The position numbers and the translations under genes are program-made. From an uncultured Bacteroidales bacterium (GTDB taxonomy: Bacteria > Bacteroidota > Bacteroidia > Bacteroidales > Bacteroidaceae): a DNA stretch of 64,000 bases. A model generated the notes under the pieces. That model was not told where the DNA came from. It did not search any database and saw only the letters and a program-made list of their open reading frames with translations. Position 1 is the stretch's first letter. Every line of letters starts with the position of its first letter. Below are positions 10,803 to 21,313 of this stretch, in pieces. Location: assembly GCA_902775385.1 (NCBI GenBank), contig CACYMI010000001.1, positions 22,442 to 86,441 on the forward strand. The letters run 5' to 3'.

Positions 10803-12788
10803 ATGGCTAACAATAAATTCAACAAATACATTGGGGCAATTGCCCTGGGAGCAGTCATCATGGCAGTCCCCAGCTGTTCCGATGATCACTTTGACCCCGA
10901 ATACAACGGAGGTGACAACCCACAGGCTGTTGACGCTACCAAAACACTTTGGGAGCATATCTGCGAGAATCCCAAGCTGACCAAGTTCAGGAAAATCGCC
11001 GAGACAGCCAAGTATTGGAAGGACGATACCCACCCCGTAGCAGACTGGACATATGCCGACATTCTGAAGAGCGGCCAGATAGCTACGGTATGGGCACCTG
11101 AAGACGATGACTTCCCCGACACAGAGTACCAGAAATGGCTGAACATGTGCGAGACAGAAGGCTACAACGTTCAGCAGCAGTTCCTGGGCAACCACATTGC
11201 CTTGTGGCGTAAGAACGTATCAGACAACAACACAGATACCATCAAGATGATTAACGGCAAGAATCTGGTATTTGACAAGTCTGAAAGTGAGAACGTCAAT
11301 ATTCAGGGAATTCCCCTCAAAGAGAAAAACACCCCTGCGATGAACGGTGTCCTGCATACCATTGGGGGAATAGCACCCTTCCACTACAACTTCTATGAAT
11401 ACCTGAAGTTCAGTCCATCACTGCCCCTGTTGTCTGAGTATGTGGTATCAAACGATACGACAGAATTCTACAAGGAAGGCAGTATCGAAGGTCTGCCTGA
11501 CAAGAACGGAAGGCCCCAGTACGTGGACAGTGTGTACAGGAAGAGAAACCTGTTGTTTGAGAATTCCAGATATCTGCCCAATTCAGGCGGAGAGAAGTGG
11601 GATATGTACTATGAGTGCTTCCGTGCACGCATTAACCAGGAGGACTCGTCCTTCGTTATGGTAATGCCCACCGACGAGGCGTTTGCGAAGATTAAGCAGA
11701 AAATTGCCCATCTGTACAAATATCCCAGTTTCTACGAGGACAAGTACGAGAATGAGGCCAGCGAAAGCAACAAGGTGGTTACACGTAACATTACTGATCC
11801 TGACTCGCTGATGAATATGAGTATGCTTATGGATCTTACCACACCGTTGGTATTCAACGTACGCCAGCAGCCCAAGACAGGCAGCAAACTGTGGGAGGCA
11901 GATGAGTTCATCAAGGACAAGGGAGCCTCAGCCAAATACCTGCTGAACACCTACGGCGATACCCTTCGCACCACAGACACCTGGGACAAGACCAGTATCT
12001 TCAACGGTAACATGGTTAAGATGAGTAACGGTTACGGCTATGAGGCAACGGAATGGGCTTTCCCAAGGGAATTATACAATCCCGACATCGAGGTGGAGGC
12101 TAATGCGGGTACAGTCTATTGGATGAAGAATACCAATATATACAAGGCCGGCCCAGGCTCCAGAACCATCTCGTTCAACAATGACAAGTTCTCATACATT
12201 GCCGACAGATACGGAAAGGTAAGCCGCAACGACTTCTACTATATCGCACCTAAGGATGCTACAACAAACCCTACGATAGAATTTGCCCTGACAGGAAACC
12301 TGCCCAGTACATCCGACATTGTCACATCCGGCCAGTATGCCGAGGTGATGAGCGGCAAGTATGACATCATGGTGGTTATGGTTCCCTACTGGTACACTAC
12401 AATCTCCGATGCGGAAACCGTTCCGGAGAGATTCCATGACCAGGCATACATCGATTCCATCGCAGCCACCCAAAAAATGAGTTTCTCCGTCAAGGTCCGT
12501 AACAATACCAACAAGGGTAAGGCAGATGTCCTCAGCAGTTCATCTCCCGTCTTTGAGTATGACGGTACCAAGGTGGACACCATTACCGTATGGAAGGACT
12601 ATGAATTCCCCTATTCCTACAAGAATCTGCGCTTTACCTATCCTACCCTGCAGATAACAGGTGCGACCAAAAAGAGCGGTAGTGGCAGCACAACTGTAGC
12701 CAAAGGATTCATTTTCGGCCTTTACATTGACCGCATTCTTCTGAAAAGCAAAGAAACCGGTGAAGTAACAAGTCTCGACCCTCAGTAA
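10803..12788 (+). CDS. Fasciclin-like surface lipoprotein (second copy)
   Basis: Lipoprotein signal (MAVPSCSDD). FAS1-like motifs (GQIATVWAPEDDDF, MNGVLHTIGGI). It precedes the second SusC/SusD pair. Confidence 0.7.
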   Translation: MANNKFNKYIGAIALGAVIMAVPSCSDDHFDPEYNGGDNPQAVDATKTLWEHICENPKLTKFRKIAETAKYWKDDTHPVADWTYADILKSGQIATVWAPEDDDFPDTEYQKWLNMCETEGYNVQQQFLGNHIALWRKNVSDNNTDTIKMINGKNLVFDKSESENVNIQGIPLKEKNTPAMNGVLHTIGGIAPFHYNFYEYLKFSPSLPLLSEYVVSNDTTEFYKEGSIEGLPDKNGRPQYVDSVYRKRNLLFENSRYLPNSGGEKWDMYYECFRARINQEDSSFVMVMPTDEAFAKIKQKIAHLYKYPSFYEDKYENEASESNKVVTRNITDPDSLMNMSMLMDLTTPLVFNVRQQPKTGSKLWEADEFIKDKGASAKYLLNTYGDTLRTTDTWDKTSIFNGNMVKMSNGYGYEATEWAFPRELYNPDIEVEANAGTVYWMKNTNIYKAGPGSRTISFNNDKFSYIADRYGKVSRNDFYYIAPKDATTNPTIEFALTGNLPSTSDIVTSGQYAEVMSGKYDIMVVMVPYWYTTISDAETVPERFHDQAYIDSIAATQKMSFSVKVRNNTNKGKADVLSSSSPVFEYDGTKVDTITVWKDYEFPYSYKNLRFTYPTLQITGATKKSGSGSTTVAKGFIFGLYIDRILLKSKETGEVTSLDPQ

Positions 12789-12797
12789 AAGAATAAG

Positions 12798-15700
12798 ATG
12801 ATGAAAAATATAATATTTGATACATTCATGCACAAGACACTGCAGACAGGTCTGTGTTTCCTGTTGCTTTCCGGTTTGAGCATTCCCAGCGTATATGCTC
12901 AGGACGAGTTGGAGAGTACTGAAGGAGAAGGAGAAGAAGAGGTAGTAGTTCGGAAGGCCAAGAAGCCTGAGAAGCAGTACAAGATGAAAACCGTCAAGGG
13001 TATCATCACCGATGATGCGACCGGCGAGCCCATGGGTGGTGTGCGAGTACAGGCTTTCGGTCTGGAAAGGTATTCTACCCTGACCGAGGAAGACGGCTCC
13101 TACACACTGGACATTCCCGTATTCTCTGACGCTATATATGTATATGCCGAGGGTTACAACCCCCTGCAGTGTGCGGTAAAGAACGGAGAGGCCAACGGAA
13201 GACTCATCGACGTCAACTTCAATACCTATTATACCGAGGGAACTACCATTACCTCACAGAGAAAGGTGACACTGACCGAAACCAGCAGTGTCAGCATTGA
13301 CGAAGACATCGAGCGGAAGCTGGCCGGTGATATCCATGCGGTACTGCGTAACGGAACCCCCGGAGTCGGTAACTTCATGACCATTCGCGGCGTCAACTCC
13401 ATCAATGCCAACGTCCAGCCCCTGATTGTCCTGGACGGCAACATCATTGACCCGCAGTATGACCGCATGGCCACTCATGAAGGTTTCTTCAATAACATGC
13501 TGGCCGGCATTGATCCTGATAACGTGGAATCCATCCAGGTACTGAAGAATGCCACCGCACTGTATGGAGCCAAGGGCGGAAACGGTGTGATTATCATCAA
13601 GACCAAGCGCGGCAAGAGCATGGCCACTAAGATTAACGTGCGCATCTACGGAGGAGCTGAGCTGATGCCCAAGACCCTGAGCATGCTGAACGGCAACCAG
13701 TACTCTGCCTACCTGAGTGACGTTGTCAGCTCACTTGACAATATGGACATGAGTGCGATCAGCGGCTTCAGGTTCCTCGACAAGAGCCCTGCCAACTACT
13801 ACCGCAAGGTGTTCAGCAACAACGAGAACTGGCAGGACGGTCTTTACGAGACAGCCATGACCCAGAACTACAAGTTAAGCGTAGAAGGTGGTGATGACGT
13901 CGGTATGTATGACCTGTCATTAGGCTATACCACCAGCAATGCCACAGCCAAGGGCACAGGCATGGACCGCCTGAGTCTCCGCTTCAATACCGACATCGAG
14001 ATATTCAAGAAGCTGACCACCGGTCTGGACATCAACTACAATCAGGTAAGCTATAACCTGCTGGACCAGGGTTGGAGCGAGGATTACTCAATGCAGAACA
14101 TCGGTTCTCCCAACGTACTGGGCGTGGTACAGGCTCCTTTCATCAGCCGTTATGCCTATTACTATGACGAGAATGTTGCCAAGAACAACCCCGGTATCAA
14201 TCCTTCAGACTGTCTGAGACTGTCAGGTGAACTGTCAGGTAAGTATGCGTCCGAATTCAGTTCCAACTATATTGCGAATCCGTTCCAGTTCAACGACATG
14301 ATTTACGGTACGCATATCAACGAGTCACTGCGTAACCCCTTCTGGATTATCAGAAACGGTGAGGGCAAAATCAAGAACTATGCCCAGAACAGCGTTATCG
14401 ACATCAATGTAAGTCCCAAGTGGGAAGTAACCCCCACCCTGACCATCAGTGACCGACTGAACTTCCAGATTAACCGTTACAGTGACAGGTACTATCTGCC
14501 CGTTAACGGAACAACTCCCTACTACCTGAAGGACCTGGGTTATATCACCAGTATGCAGAAGACCCTCTTCTCGAAGGAAACAACCGTAAACAACGACCTT
14601 CGCATTGAGTGGGCCAAGAACTATGGTGCCCATACGGTTGACGTGTTCGGAGGATGGCGCTACAACACCTATACTTACAGTTATACCAATATCAACGGAT
14701 ATAACAACAAGAATGACAAACTGCCTGTCATGAACTCCGAGATGGATTACGTGAACTATACCGGTATCAATGACAGCTGGTCTGACATGACCTATTACCT
14801 GAATGCAGGCTACAACTACAAGAACCGCTACTTTGCGGAATTTGCCGTAAGTGCCCAGGCAAGCAGCCGCTTCGGTTCAAACACCAAGTCCGGCATCAAG
14901 GCATTCGGTGTAAGCTGGGGTATCTTCCCGTCCCTGCAGTTAGGCTGGATTATCAGCAACGAGAAGTGGTTCAACACCACAAAGGGTGTGGACTACCTGA
15001 AGCTGACTGCCGGTTTTGACATGAGCGGTAACGACAATCTGGACTACTACGCATCACGTACCTACTGGGAAAGCCAGCAGGTTACCAAGAATACGGTAGG
15101 TCTGTTCCTGAAGAACATTGCCAACAGCGGTATCCAGTGGGAAACAACTACCAAGTGGAACCTGGCCCTGGAGGGCAGCTTCCTGAACAACCGCCTGCAG
15201 GCAGGAATCGACATCTTCTGGCATAAGACAGACAACCTGCTGACCCTGAAGGACCTGAACTACGTGGCCGGTATGACCAAATACTGGACCAACGAGGGAC
15301 AGCTCACCAACAAGGGTGTGGAAGTGAATGTCAATGCCGCTATCATAAACAGCAAGAACTGGAAGTGGGAAATGGGTGCCTCACTGGGACACTACAACAA
15401 CAAGATTACCGAGTTGCCCGGTACCCAGGTCAACACCATGGTTCTTAGCGATGTAAACGGAGGAAACGTTCAGTACCTGCACGGTTATACCAACAGTGTT
15501 TATGGCCAGGACAACGTACTGACTGCTGTAGGCTATGCCGTAGGCAGCTTCTACGGATGGCAGACAAACGGTGTGTTCAAGGATGACGAGCAGGCAAGCA
15601 AGGCCGGAGCATTGGGCTATCTGAAGTATCCTACCGGTATTGCCGATGAGAGCAAGAAGTACGCCAACTTCCAGGCCGGTGACGTAATCTTCGTGGACCA

Positions 15701-16253
15701 GAACGGTGACGGTGTCATTGACAATGCCGACAAGGTAGTGGTAGGCAATCCCCACCCCGATATCTATGGTAACATCTTCTCAAGCCTTACCTGGAAGAAC
15801 CTCCGCCTGGATGTGAACTTCAAATACAGCCTTGGCAATGACATCTACAATTACCAGCGTTCAAGGATTGAAGGCCTGAACACCACCTATAACCAGACAA
15901 CCGCAGCCCTGCGTCGATGGACCTACGAAGGCCAGGTAACCGATATGCCCCGTGCCTGCTACAAGAACTCTGAGGGATGGCGTAACAACGAGCGTATGTC
16001 TGATCGCTGGATTGAGGACGGCAGCTACCTGAAACTGAAGAATGTACGCCTTACCTACAAGGTTCCCTATTCTAACAGCTGGCTGTTCGGACTGAAAGTA
16101 TGGGGTGAGGCCAATAATCTGTTCACCCTGACCAAGTACCTGGGAACAGATCCCGAGATGAGCAGTCACAACGGCGCACTCTATCAGGGTATTGATACTG
16201 GCCTTATTCCACGCGGCCGTAATTTCAACTTAGGTGTAACCATCAACCTGTAA
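12798..16253 (+). CDS. SusC/RagA-family TonB-dependent outer membrane transporter (second)
   Basis: Signal peptide (SVYAQ), CarboxypepD_reg-like region (VKGIITDDATGEPMGGVRVQA), plug motif VESIQVLKNATALYGAKGGNGVIIIKTKRGK, 1151 aa. Confidence 0.93.
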   Translation: MMKNIIFDTFMHKTLQTGLCFLLLSGLSIPSVYAQDELESTEGEGEEEVVVRKAKKPEKQYKMKTVKGIITDDATGEPMGGVRVQAFGLERYSTLTEEDGSYTLDIPVFSDAIYVYAEGYNPLQCAVKNGEANGRLIDVNFNTYYTEGTTITSQRKVTLTETSSVSIDEDIERKLAGDIHAVLRNGTPGVGNFMTIRGVNSINANVQPLIVLDGNIIDPQYDRMATHEGFFNNMLAGIDPDNVESIQVLKNATALYGAKGGNGVIIIKTKRGKSMATKINVRIYGGAELMPKTLSMLNGNQYSAYLSDVVSSLDNMDMSAISGFRFLDKSPANYYRKVFSNNENWQDGLYETAMTQNYKLSVEGGDDVGMYDLSLGYTTSNATAKGTGMDRLSLRFNTDIEIFKKLTTGLDINYNQVSYNLLDQGWSEDYSMQNIGSPNVLGVVQAPFISRYAYYYDENVAKNNPGINPSDCLRLSGELSGKYASEFSSNYIANPFQFNDMIYGTHINESLRNPFWIIRNGEGKIKNYAQNSVIDINVSPKWEVTPTLTISDRLNFQINRYSDRYYLPVNGTTPYYLKDLGYITSMQKTLFSKETTVNNDLRIEWAKNYGAHTVDVFGGWRYNTYTYSYTNINGYNNKNDKLPVMNSEMDYVNYTGINDSWSDMTYYLNAGYNYKNRYFAEFAVSAQASSRFGSNTKSGIKAFGVSWGIFPSLQLGWIISNEKWFNTTKGVDYLKLTAGFDMSGNDNLDYYASRTYWESQQVTKNTVGLFLKNIANSGIQWETTTKWNLALEGSFLNNRLQAGIDIFWHKTDNLLTLKDLNYVAGMTKYWTNEGQLTNKGVEVNVNAAIINSKNWKWEMGASLGHYNNKITELPGTQVNTMVLSDVNGGNVQYLHGYTNSVYGQDNVLTAVGYAVGSFYGWQTNGVFKDDEQASKAGALGYLKYPTGIADESKKYANFQAGDVIFVDQNGDGVIDNADKVVVGNPHPDIYGNIFSSLTWKNLRLDVNFKYSLGNDIYNYQRSRIEGLNTTYNQTTAALRRWTYEGQVTDMPRACYKNSEGWRNNERMSDRWIEDGSYLKLKNVRLTYKVPYSNSWLFGLKVWGEANNLFTLTKYLGTDPEMSSHNGALYQGIDTGLIPRGRNFNLGVTINL

Positions 16254-16271
16254 TCAGAAGAATATTAGATT

Positions 16272-18698
16272 ATGAAAAAGAAATCAATTATAAGCCTGCT
16301 TATCTGCTGCATGACACTGGGTATGGTTAATACGTCATGCCAGGATATGCTGACCCCAGACAGTGAACGCCACGCCTATGAAGTGGCACAGGATACCCTG
16401 TACTCCTATTGGGGTATCATAAAGTCTCTGCAGAATGTGGCAGAACGATATGTGATTCTCAATGAGTGCCGCGGCGACCTGGTAGATGGTACCTCGTACG
16501 TCAGCGACACCATTGCGGCCATCATCAATTTCGGTAAGAACGGATACGAGGACAAGTACAAGGACGGAGCATGCGCTTACCTTAAGGTAAGTGACTACTA
16601 CCACGTAATCAACAGCTGTAATGCCTACATAGCCATGTGCGATACAGCCAGAAAGGTATCAACCGGCCAGGGAAGCAGCTACATGCTGCGTGAGTATGCT
16701 CAGGTAATGGCAATCCGCGCATGGGTGTACATGCAGCTTATATACGCCTACGGCGAAGTGCCCTTCTACACCAAGCCGCTGCTTACCACCGATGAGATCG
16801 ACAACTTTGTAAAGAGCGACAAGAAGGTTAATGCCACCACACTGGCAGAATATCTGGGTCCCCAGCTGGACAGCGTGAATGTGATACTGGAGAAAATGTT
16901 CGGTGAGGACAAGTATCCACAGTACGGAAGCTATAAGAATATCTGTCACAGTATGCGTGTGATGTTCCCGATAGACGTAGTGTTAGGTGACCTCTATCTG
17001 CTGAAAGGTGACGACCAGGCTTGCGCACAGGCCGCCGGTTACTATTACAACTTCCTGAACAGCAAATTCTGCGGTCCTCTGGAAACCACCAGCTACTATA
17101 GCACCGGTGATGTTGAGACACAGTCCGACGAACCTCAGTACGCACACACCGGAGTTCCCTACAATGAAACGGGAAATTCATATTTACGCGGCCGCTACCG
17201 TAATGAAGCCATCACCTGTATTCCCAGCAACACCGGTAAACTGGAAGGAAAGGTATTTACAGACATCAACCGTCTGTTCGGTTTTGAGGCAACACTGCAT
17301 TCAAGCGGTAGCGGAGACCAGGCCAGCTCATCCGTCAGCCTGGATTACTATACCAACGGATACCGTCGTGAGCTGATTCCCAGCAAGGGCTATGAGGCAT
17401 TGTGCGACAGCCAGAATTATGAATGCTACATCGGACAGACATCCGACGAAAGCACAATGGAGCTGATTACCCTGCCCGGCGTAGGTGACGCACGCCGTTC
17501 ATGGATATACCGCACAATGGGAACTGTAGGTAATCCCAGAAGCTCACAATACAGCCTTCCTGTAGGAGACAACACCCAGTACGGCAAACTGGTCAACAAA
17601 CAGTGCCCGTCAGGATTCAGCACAGTATATCCCCTGATTTACCGAAAGTCAACCATCTGGTTGCGCTATGCCGAGGCTATCAACCGTGCCGGATTCCCCA
17701 GCTATGCATTTGCCATACTGAAGACAGGTCTTGTGAGTGACCATAGCCATTGGTTCCCCAGTGCGGTAACCGAAGACGACTACAATAAGGCTTTCTCATA
17801 TCAGGAAGGTGTGGATATTGACTTCGGTGCACAGGACAGCCTGTATTGCTACATCGAGGAAACTGCCGACACCACTTACAAATGGGGGTCAGTGGTAGAG
17901 GAAGGCAAGAAGATCAGCACCTTTGCAGAACTGGTAACATACGTTGACAGCATCTGGCAGGCACAGGCCGATTCCATAAACGCTAACATGGAACCAGGCG
18001 GAACTCCTATAGAAGCCAGGACATTCGACCTTGAGAAAGACATCAAGAACGTAAAATTCTATGTGAAGCGTTTCAACAACTATCCCGCATTCGGTATCCA
18101 GAAGGCATGCTGGTACCTGGATCGCAGAGAGATAGAGAAAGCCACAGCCAGACCCTGGCTGACCTTTACCACCCAGGTAAACCTGCGTGGCTACTCCCCG
18201 ACTATTTATGCCGACTATAAGAGAGAGACCTTCAGTAACTATGGTTTCTATAGCAGAGACCCTGAGAATGTGCCCGGCGCTTCCAAGACTGAAGATTACC
18301 TGACCATTGGTGTACACCAGCGCGGTTGCGGTATCCTCAGACCCGGTGATACCGAGCAGCAGAGCTCATACAATTACGTTGACATGGTTACCAAAAAGAT
18401 TAAGGAGAACCACGGTGTAACAGTAACCAAGGATCAGATTTACGGCCAGGATCCGGAGAAATCAATTGATCCCGAATGGGTTAAGGAGGCTGTAGAAGAC
18501 CTGATTATTGATGAGGATGCATTGGAACTGGCCTTTGAGGGCTGCCGATTCTCAGATCTGGCCCGTGTAGCCATCCGTCGCGGTGACAACAGTTTCCTGG
18601 CTAAGCACGTGGCAAAGCGTAGCGGAACCATGGACATGAAGATGTACAACATCCTGCTGAACAGGCAGAACTGGTATCTCCCCTTCCCCACTGAATAA
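16272..18698 (+). CDS. SusD/RagB-family nutrient-binding lipoprotein (unusually long, 808 aa)
   Basis: Lipoprotein signal (MVNTSCQDML), SusD-like N-terminal helices, and position immediately after SusC. Confidence 0.85.
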   Translation: MKKKSIISLLICCMTLGMVNTSCQDMLTPDSERHAYEVAQDTLYSYWGIIKSLQNVAERYVILNECRGDLVDGTSYVSDTIAAIINFGKNGYEDKYKDGACAYLKVSDYYHVINSCNAYIAMCDTARKVSTGQGSSYMLREYAQVMAIRAWVYMQLIYAYGEVPFYTKPLLTTDEIDNFVKSDKKVNATTLAEYLGPQLDSVNVILEKMFGEDKYPQYGSYKNICHSMRVMFPIDVVLGDLYLLKGDDQACAQAAGYYYNFLNSKFCGPLETTSYYSTGDVETQSDEPQYAHTGVPYNETGNSYLRGRYRNEAITCIPSNTGKLEGKVFTDINRLFGFEATLHSSGSGDQASSSVSLDYYTNGYRRELIPSKGYEALCDSQNYECYIGQTSDESTMELITLPGVGDARRSWIYRTMGTVGNPRSSQYSLPVGDNTQYGKLVNKQCPSGFSTVYPLIYRKSTIWLRYAEAINRAGFPSYAFAILKTGLVSDHSHWFPSAVTEDDYNKAFSYQEGVDIDFGAQDSLYCYIEETADTTYKWGSVVEEGKKISTFAELVTYVDSIWQAQADSINANMEPGGTPIEARTFDLEKDIKNVKFYVKRFNNYPAFGIQKACWYLDRREIEKATARPWLTFTTQVNLRGYSPTIYADYKRETFSNYGFYSRDPENVPGASKTEDYLTIGVHQRGCGILRPGDTEQQSSYNYVDMVTKKIKENHGVTVTKDQIYGQDPEKSIDPEWVKEAVEDLIIDEDALELAFEGCRFSDLARVAIRRGDNSFLAKHVAKRSGTMDMKMYNILLNRQNWYLPFPTE

Positions 18699-18718
18699 CT
18701 GACCAGTCAAATATTCCT

Positions 18719-18754
18719 AAGAGCGCCCGGAATAATCCGAGCGCTCTTTTTTTT
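18719..18754 (+). terminator. Intrinsic terminator after the SusD gene
   Basis: Stem GAGCGC (18721-18726) / GCGCTC (18741-18746), followed by T8 (18747-18754). Confidence 0.8.
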
Positions 18755-18766
18755 AATTCAACTTTC

Positions 18767-19014
18767 GGAAGTTGAAAGAGAAGTTAAAAAAAAGAAGTTA
18801 AAAAGGAAGTTATAAAGGAAGTTATAAAGGAAGTTATAAAGGAAGTTAAAAGAGGAAGTTAAAAGAGGAAGTTATGCGCTGTGCGCAGGGAGTTAAGCCA
18901 GCGATGCTGGCTGGACGATAGTATTGGATGCTGGCTGCATATATGGTATTGTCCTTTTATAACTTCCACGAGCGCAGCGAGTTAACTTCCAATTTTACTT
19001 CCATTTTAACTTCC
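18767..19014. repeat. Array of 10 direct (G/A)GAAGTT motifs at 12-13-bp spacing, facing 4 inverted AACTTCC motifs
   Basis: Forward copies start at 18767, 18779, 18793, 18805, 18817, 18829, 18841, 18854, 18867 and 18888. They include GGAAGTTATAAA x3 and GGAAGTTAAAAGA x2. Reverse copies start at 18961, 18984, 18996 and 19008. Confidence 0.9.
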
Positions 19015-19035
19015 GATACTTAAACAATTTACAAC

Positions 19036-19722
19036 ATGAGCCTGATTGCCGATTTATGCAATATTCTGCTGCCGCGCAGATGCGTGGTGTGCGGCCTGAC
19101 GCTGGAACCAGCCGAGCAGTATCTGTGCGCATCCTGCTCTGTCCGCCTGCCGCGCTACCCGATCAGAAGCATCGGGGACAACGAACCCCTGAGAAAGGTA
19201 TGGAACTTTGCCCCCATACAATACGGTGCTACCTTATTATATTACAGACACCAGTCCGACTTCCACAATATCATCATCAGGATAAAATACAAGGGAGGAG
19301 AACAGCTGGGCATCAGGATGGGAGAATGGGCGGCCACCGAAACAGCCCGTTTCGGCCTGGCGGGAAAGGCGGATGTAATTGTACCGGTTCCATCAGACAG
19401 CAGGAGAAGAAAAAGAAGAGGGTACAATCAGGCCGAACTGATAGCCAGGGGAATGGGAAGAATCATGCAGCTGCCCGTACAGGACTTCCTGGTAAAGAAA
19501 CAAAGCGGAACCTCGCAGACAAGGCTGGACAGGACGGCACGGCATGAGAATACCTCAGGAAAGTACGAGGCCTTCATCCCGGAAAACTGGAGGGGAAAAC
19601 GCATCTTGCTGGTAGATGACGTGTTGACTACCGGAGCCACGATAGGGAACTGCGCCCAGGCCTTATTGGCGGCTGACCCGAGTGCGGAAATCAGCATATT
19701 TACCCTGGCTTACGACGGGTAA
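19036..19722 (+). CDS. comF: ComF-family protein (phosphoribosyltransferase-like competence protein)
   Basis: N-terminal Cys pairs (CVVCG...CASC) and the PRTase motif ILLVDDVLTTGAT. Confidence 0.85.
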   Translation: MSLIADLCNILLPRRCVVCGLTLEPAEQYLCASCSVRLPRYPIRSIGDNEPLRKVWNFAPIQYGATLLYYRHQSDFHNIIIRIKYKGGEQLGIRMGEWAATETARFGLAGKADVIVPVPSDSRRRKRRGYNQAELIARGMGRIMQLPVQDFLVKKQSGTSQTRLDRTARHENTSGKYEAFIPENWRGKRILLVDDVLTTGATIGNCAQALLAADPSAEISIFTLAYDG

Positions 19723-19789
19723 AAATTACTATTTGAAGAAATAAAGGCATTTTTTCTTACAAATAGTTTGCATAATATAAGATTTTATG

Positions 19790-19797
19790 TAATTTTG
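19790..19797 (+). promoter_or_regulatory. -7 promoter box TAATTTTG for gdhA
   Basis: Exact TAnnTTTG match, about 50 nt upstream of the ATG at 19848. Confidence 0.5.
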
Positions 19798-19847
19798 CAC
19801 TCGAAAAGATAACAAACAACAATAATATCAGTTAAAACCAATTCAGA

Positions 19848-21188
19848 ATGGACGCAAAAAAAGTCTTGGAAGATCTTAAAAGACGCTTCCCCAACGAACC
19901 TGAGTATCACCAGGCAGTAGAAGAGGTACTTGGAACTATCGAAGAAGAGTACAACAAGCACCCCGAGTTCGACAAAGTAAATTTGATTGAGCGCCTTTGC
20001 ATTCCCGACAGAGTTTACCAGTTCCGTGTCACATGGATGGACGACAAGGGTCAGATCCAGACCAACATGGGTTACCGTATCCAGCACAACAATGCCATCG
20101 GTCCCTACAAGGGCGGTATCCGTTTCCACAAGAGCGTTAACCTGGGTATTCTGAAGTTCCTTGCCTTCGAGCAGACTTTCAAGAACTCACTGACCACACT
20201 TCCCATGGGTGGTGGCAAGGGCGGTTCCGACTTCTCTCCCCGCGGTAAGAGCAACGCTGAGGTAATGCGTTTCTGCCAGGCTTTCATGCTGGAACTGACA
20301 CGTCACATCGGTCCCGACACGGATGTACCCGCCGGTGACATCGGCGTAGGCGGTCGTGAGGTTGGCTACATGTTCGGTATGTACAAGAAACTCACCCGCG
20401 AGTACAGCGGTGTGCTGACAGGTAAGGGCATCGAGTTCGGCGGTTCACTGATCCGTCCCGAGGCTACCGGTTACGGTACAGTTTACTTCCTGCGTGCCAT
20501 GCTGAAGACCAAGGGTGACACCATCGAGGGCAAGAAGGTACTGATTTCAGGTGCCGGTAACGTTGCCCAGTATGCTGCCGAGAAAGTACTGCAGCTGGGT
20601 GGCAAGGTAATGACCATGTCTGACTCTGACGGTTATATCTACGATCCCGACGGCATTGACCGTGCCAAGTTGGATTACATTATGGAGCTGAAGCAGGTTT
20701 ACCGCGGCCGTATCAAGGAATATGTTGACAAGTATCCTACAGCCAAGTACGTAGGCGACGGTGCTAAGCCCTGGTTCGAGAAGGCTGACATCGCTCTGCC
20801 CTGCGCTACTCAGAACGAGCTGAACGAGGAGCAGGCCAAGGCTCTGGTTGCCAACGGTGTTATCGCTGTCGCAGAAGGCGCCAACATGCCTACCACTCCT
20901 GAGGCTATCAAGGTATTCCAGCAGGCTAAGATCCTGTACTCTCCCGGCAAGGCAAGCAACGCCGGCGGTGTATCAGTATCAGGTCTGGAGATGTCACAGA
21001 ACTCAGAGCGTCTGAGCTGGTCAGCCGAGGAAGTTGACGCCAAACTGCTCTGGATTATGGAGAACATCCACGAGAACTGCGTGAAGTACGGTACAGAGGC
21101 CGACGGTTACGTTAACTACGTAAAGGGTGCCAATGTAGCCGGATTCATGAAGGTTGCTAAGGCTATGATGGCCCAGGGCATTGTGTAA
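19848..21188 (+). CDS. gdhA: NAD(P)-specific glutamate dehydrogenase
   Basis: Full-length hexameric GDH, 446 aa. Catalytic Lys motif LPMGGGKGGSDF and dinucleotide fold GAGNVAQYAA. Confidence 0.97.
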   Translation: MDAKKVLEDLKRRFPNEPEYHQAVEEVLGTIEEEYNKHPEFDKVNLIERLCIPDRVYQFRVTWMDDKGQIQTNMGYRIQHNNAIGPYKGGIRFHKSVNLGILKFLAFEQTFKNSLTTLPMGGGKGGSDFSPRGKSNAEVMRFCQAFMLELTRHIGPDTDVPAGDIGVGGREVGYMFGMYKKLTREYSGVLTGKGIEFGGSLIRPEATGYGTVYFLRAMLKTKGDTIEGKKVLISGAGNVAQYAAEKVLQLGGKVMTMSDSDGYIYDPDGIDRAKLDYIMELKQVYRGRIKEYVDKYPTAKYVGDGAKPWFEKADIALPCATQNELNEEQAKALVANGVIAVAEGANMPTTPEAIKVFQQAKILYSPGKASNAGGVSVSGLEMSQNSERLSWSAEEVDAKLLWIMENIHENCVKYGTEADGYVNYVKGANVAGFMKVAKAMMAQGIV

Positions 21189-21230
21189 AGGTTAGGTTCG
21201 ACTAATTCAACCATAGCTAATATATTTGAG

Positions 21231-21275
21231 GAGCCTCAGTCTGGCGGGATGCCGGACTGAGGCTCACCATTTTAA
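21231..21275 (+). terminator. Terminator hairpin after gdhA
   Basis: Perfect 11-bp stem GAGCCTCAGTC (21231-21241) / GACTGAGGCTC (21255-21265), followed by a T-rich tract. Confidence 0.7.
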
Positions 21276-21313
21276 TTTTCATCCAATCATTTTACGTTTC
21301 ACATTATTTTTTA

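Noticed and set aside
18767-18894. A possible CRISPR array, because of the regularly spaced repeats.
   Set aside because: The units are only 12-13 bp and are contiguous, with no unique spacers. No cas genes are in the window. This is a tandem-repeat or motif array, not a CRISPR.
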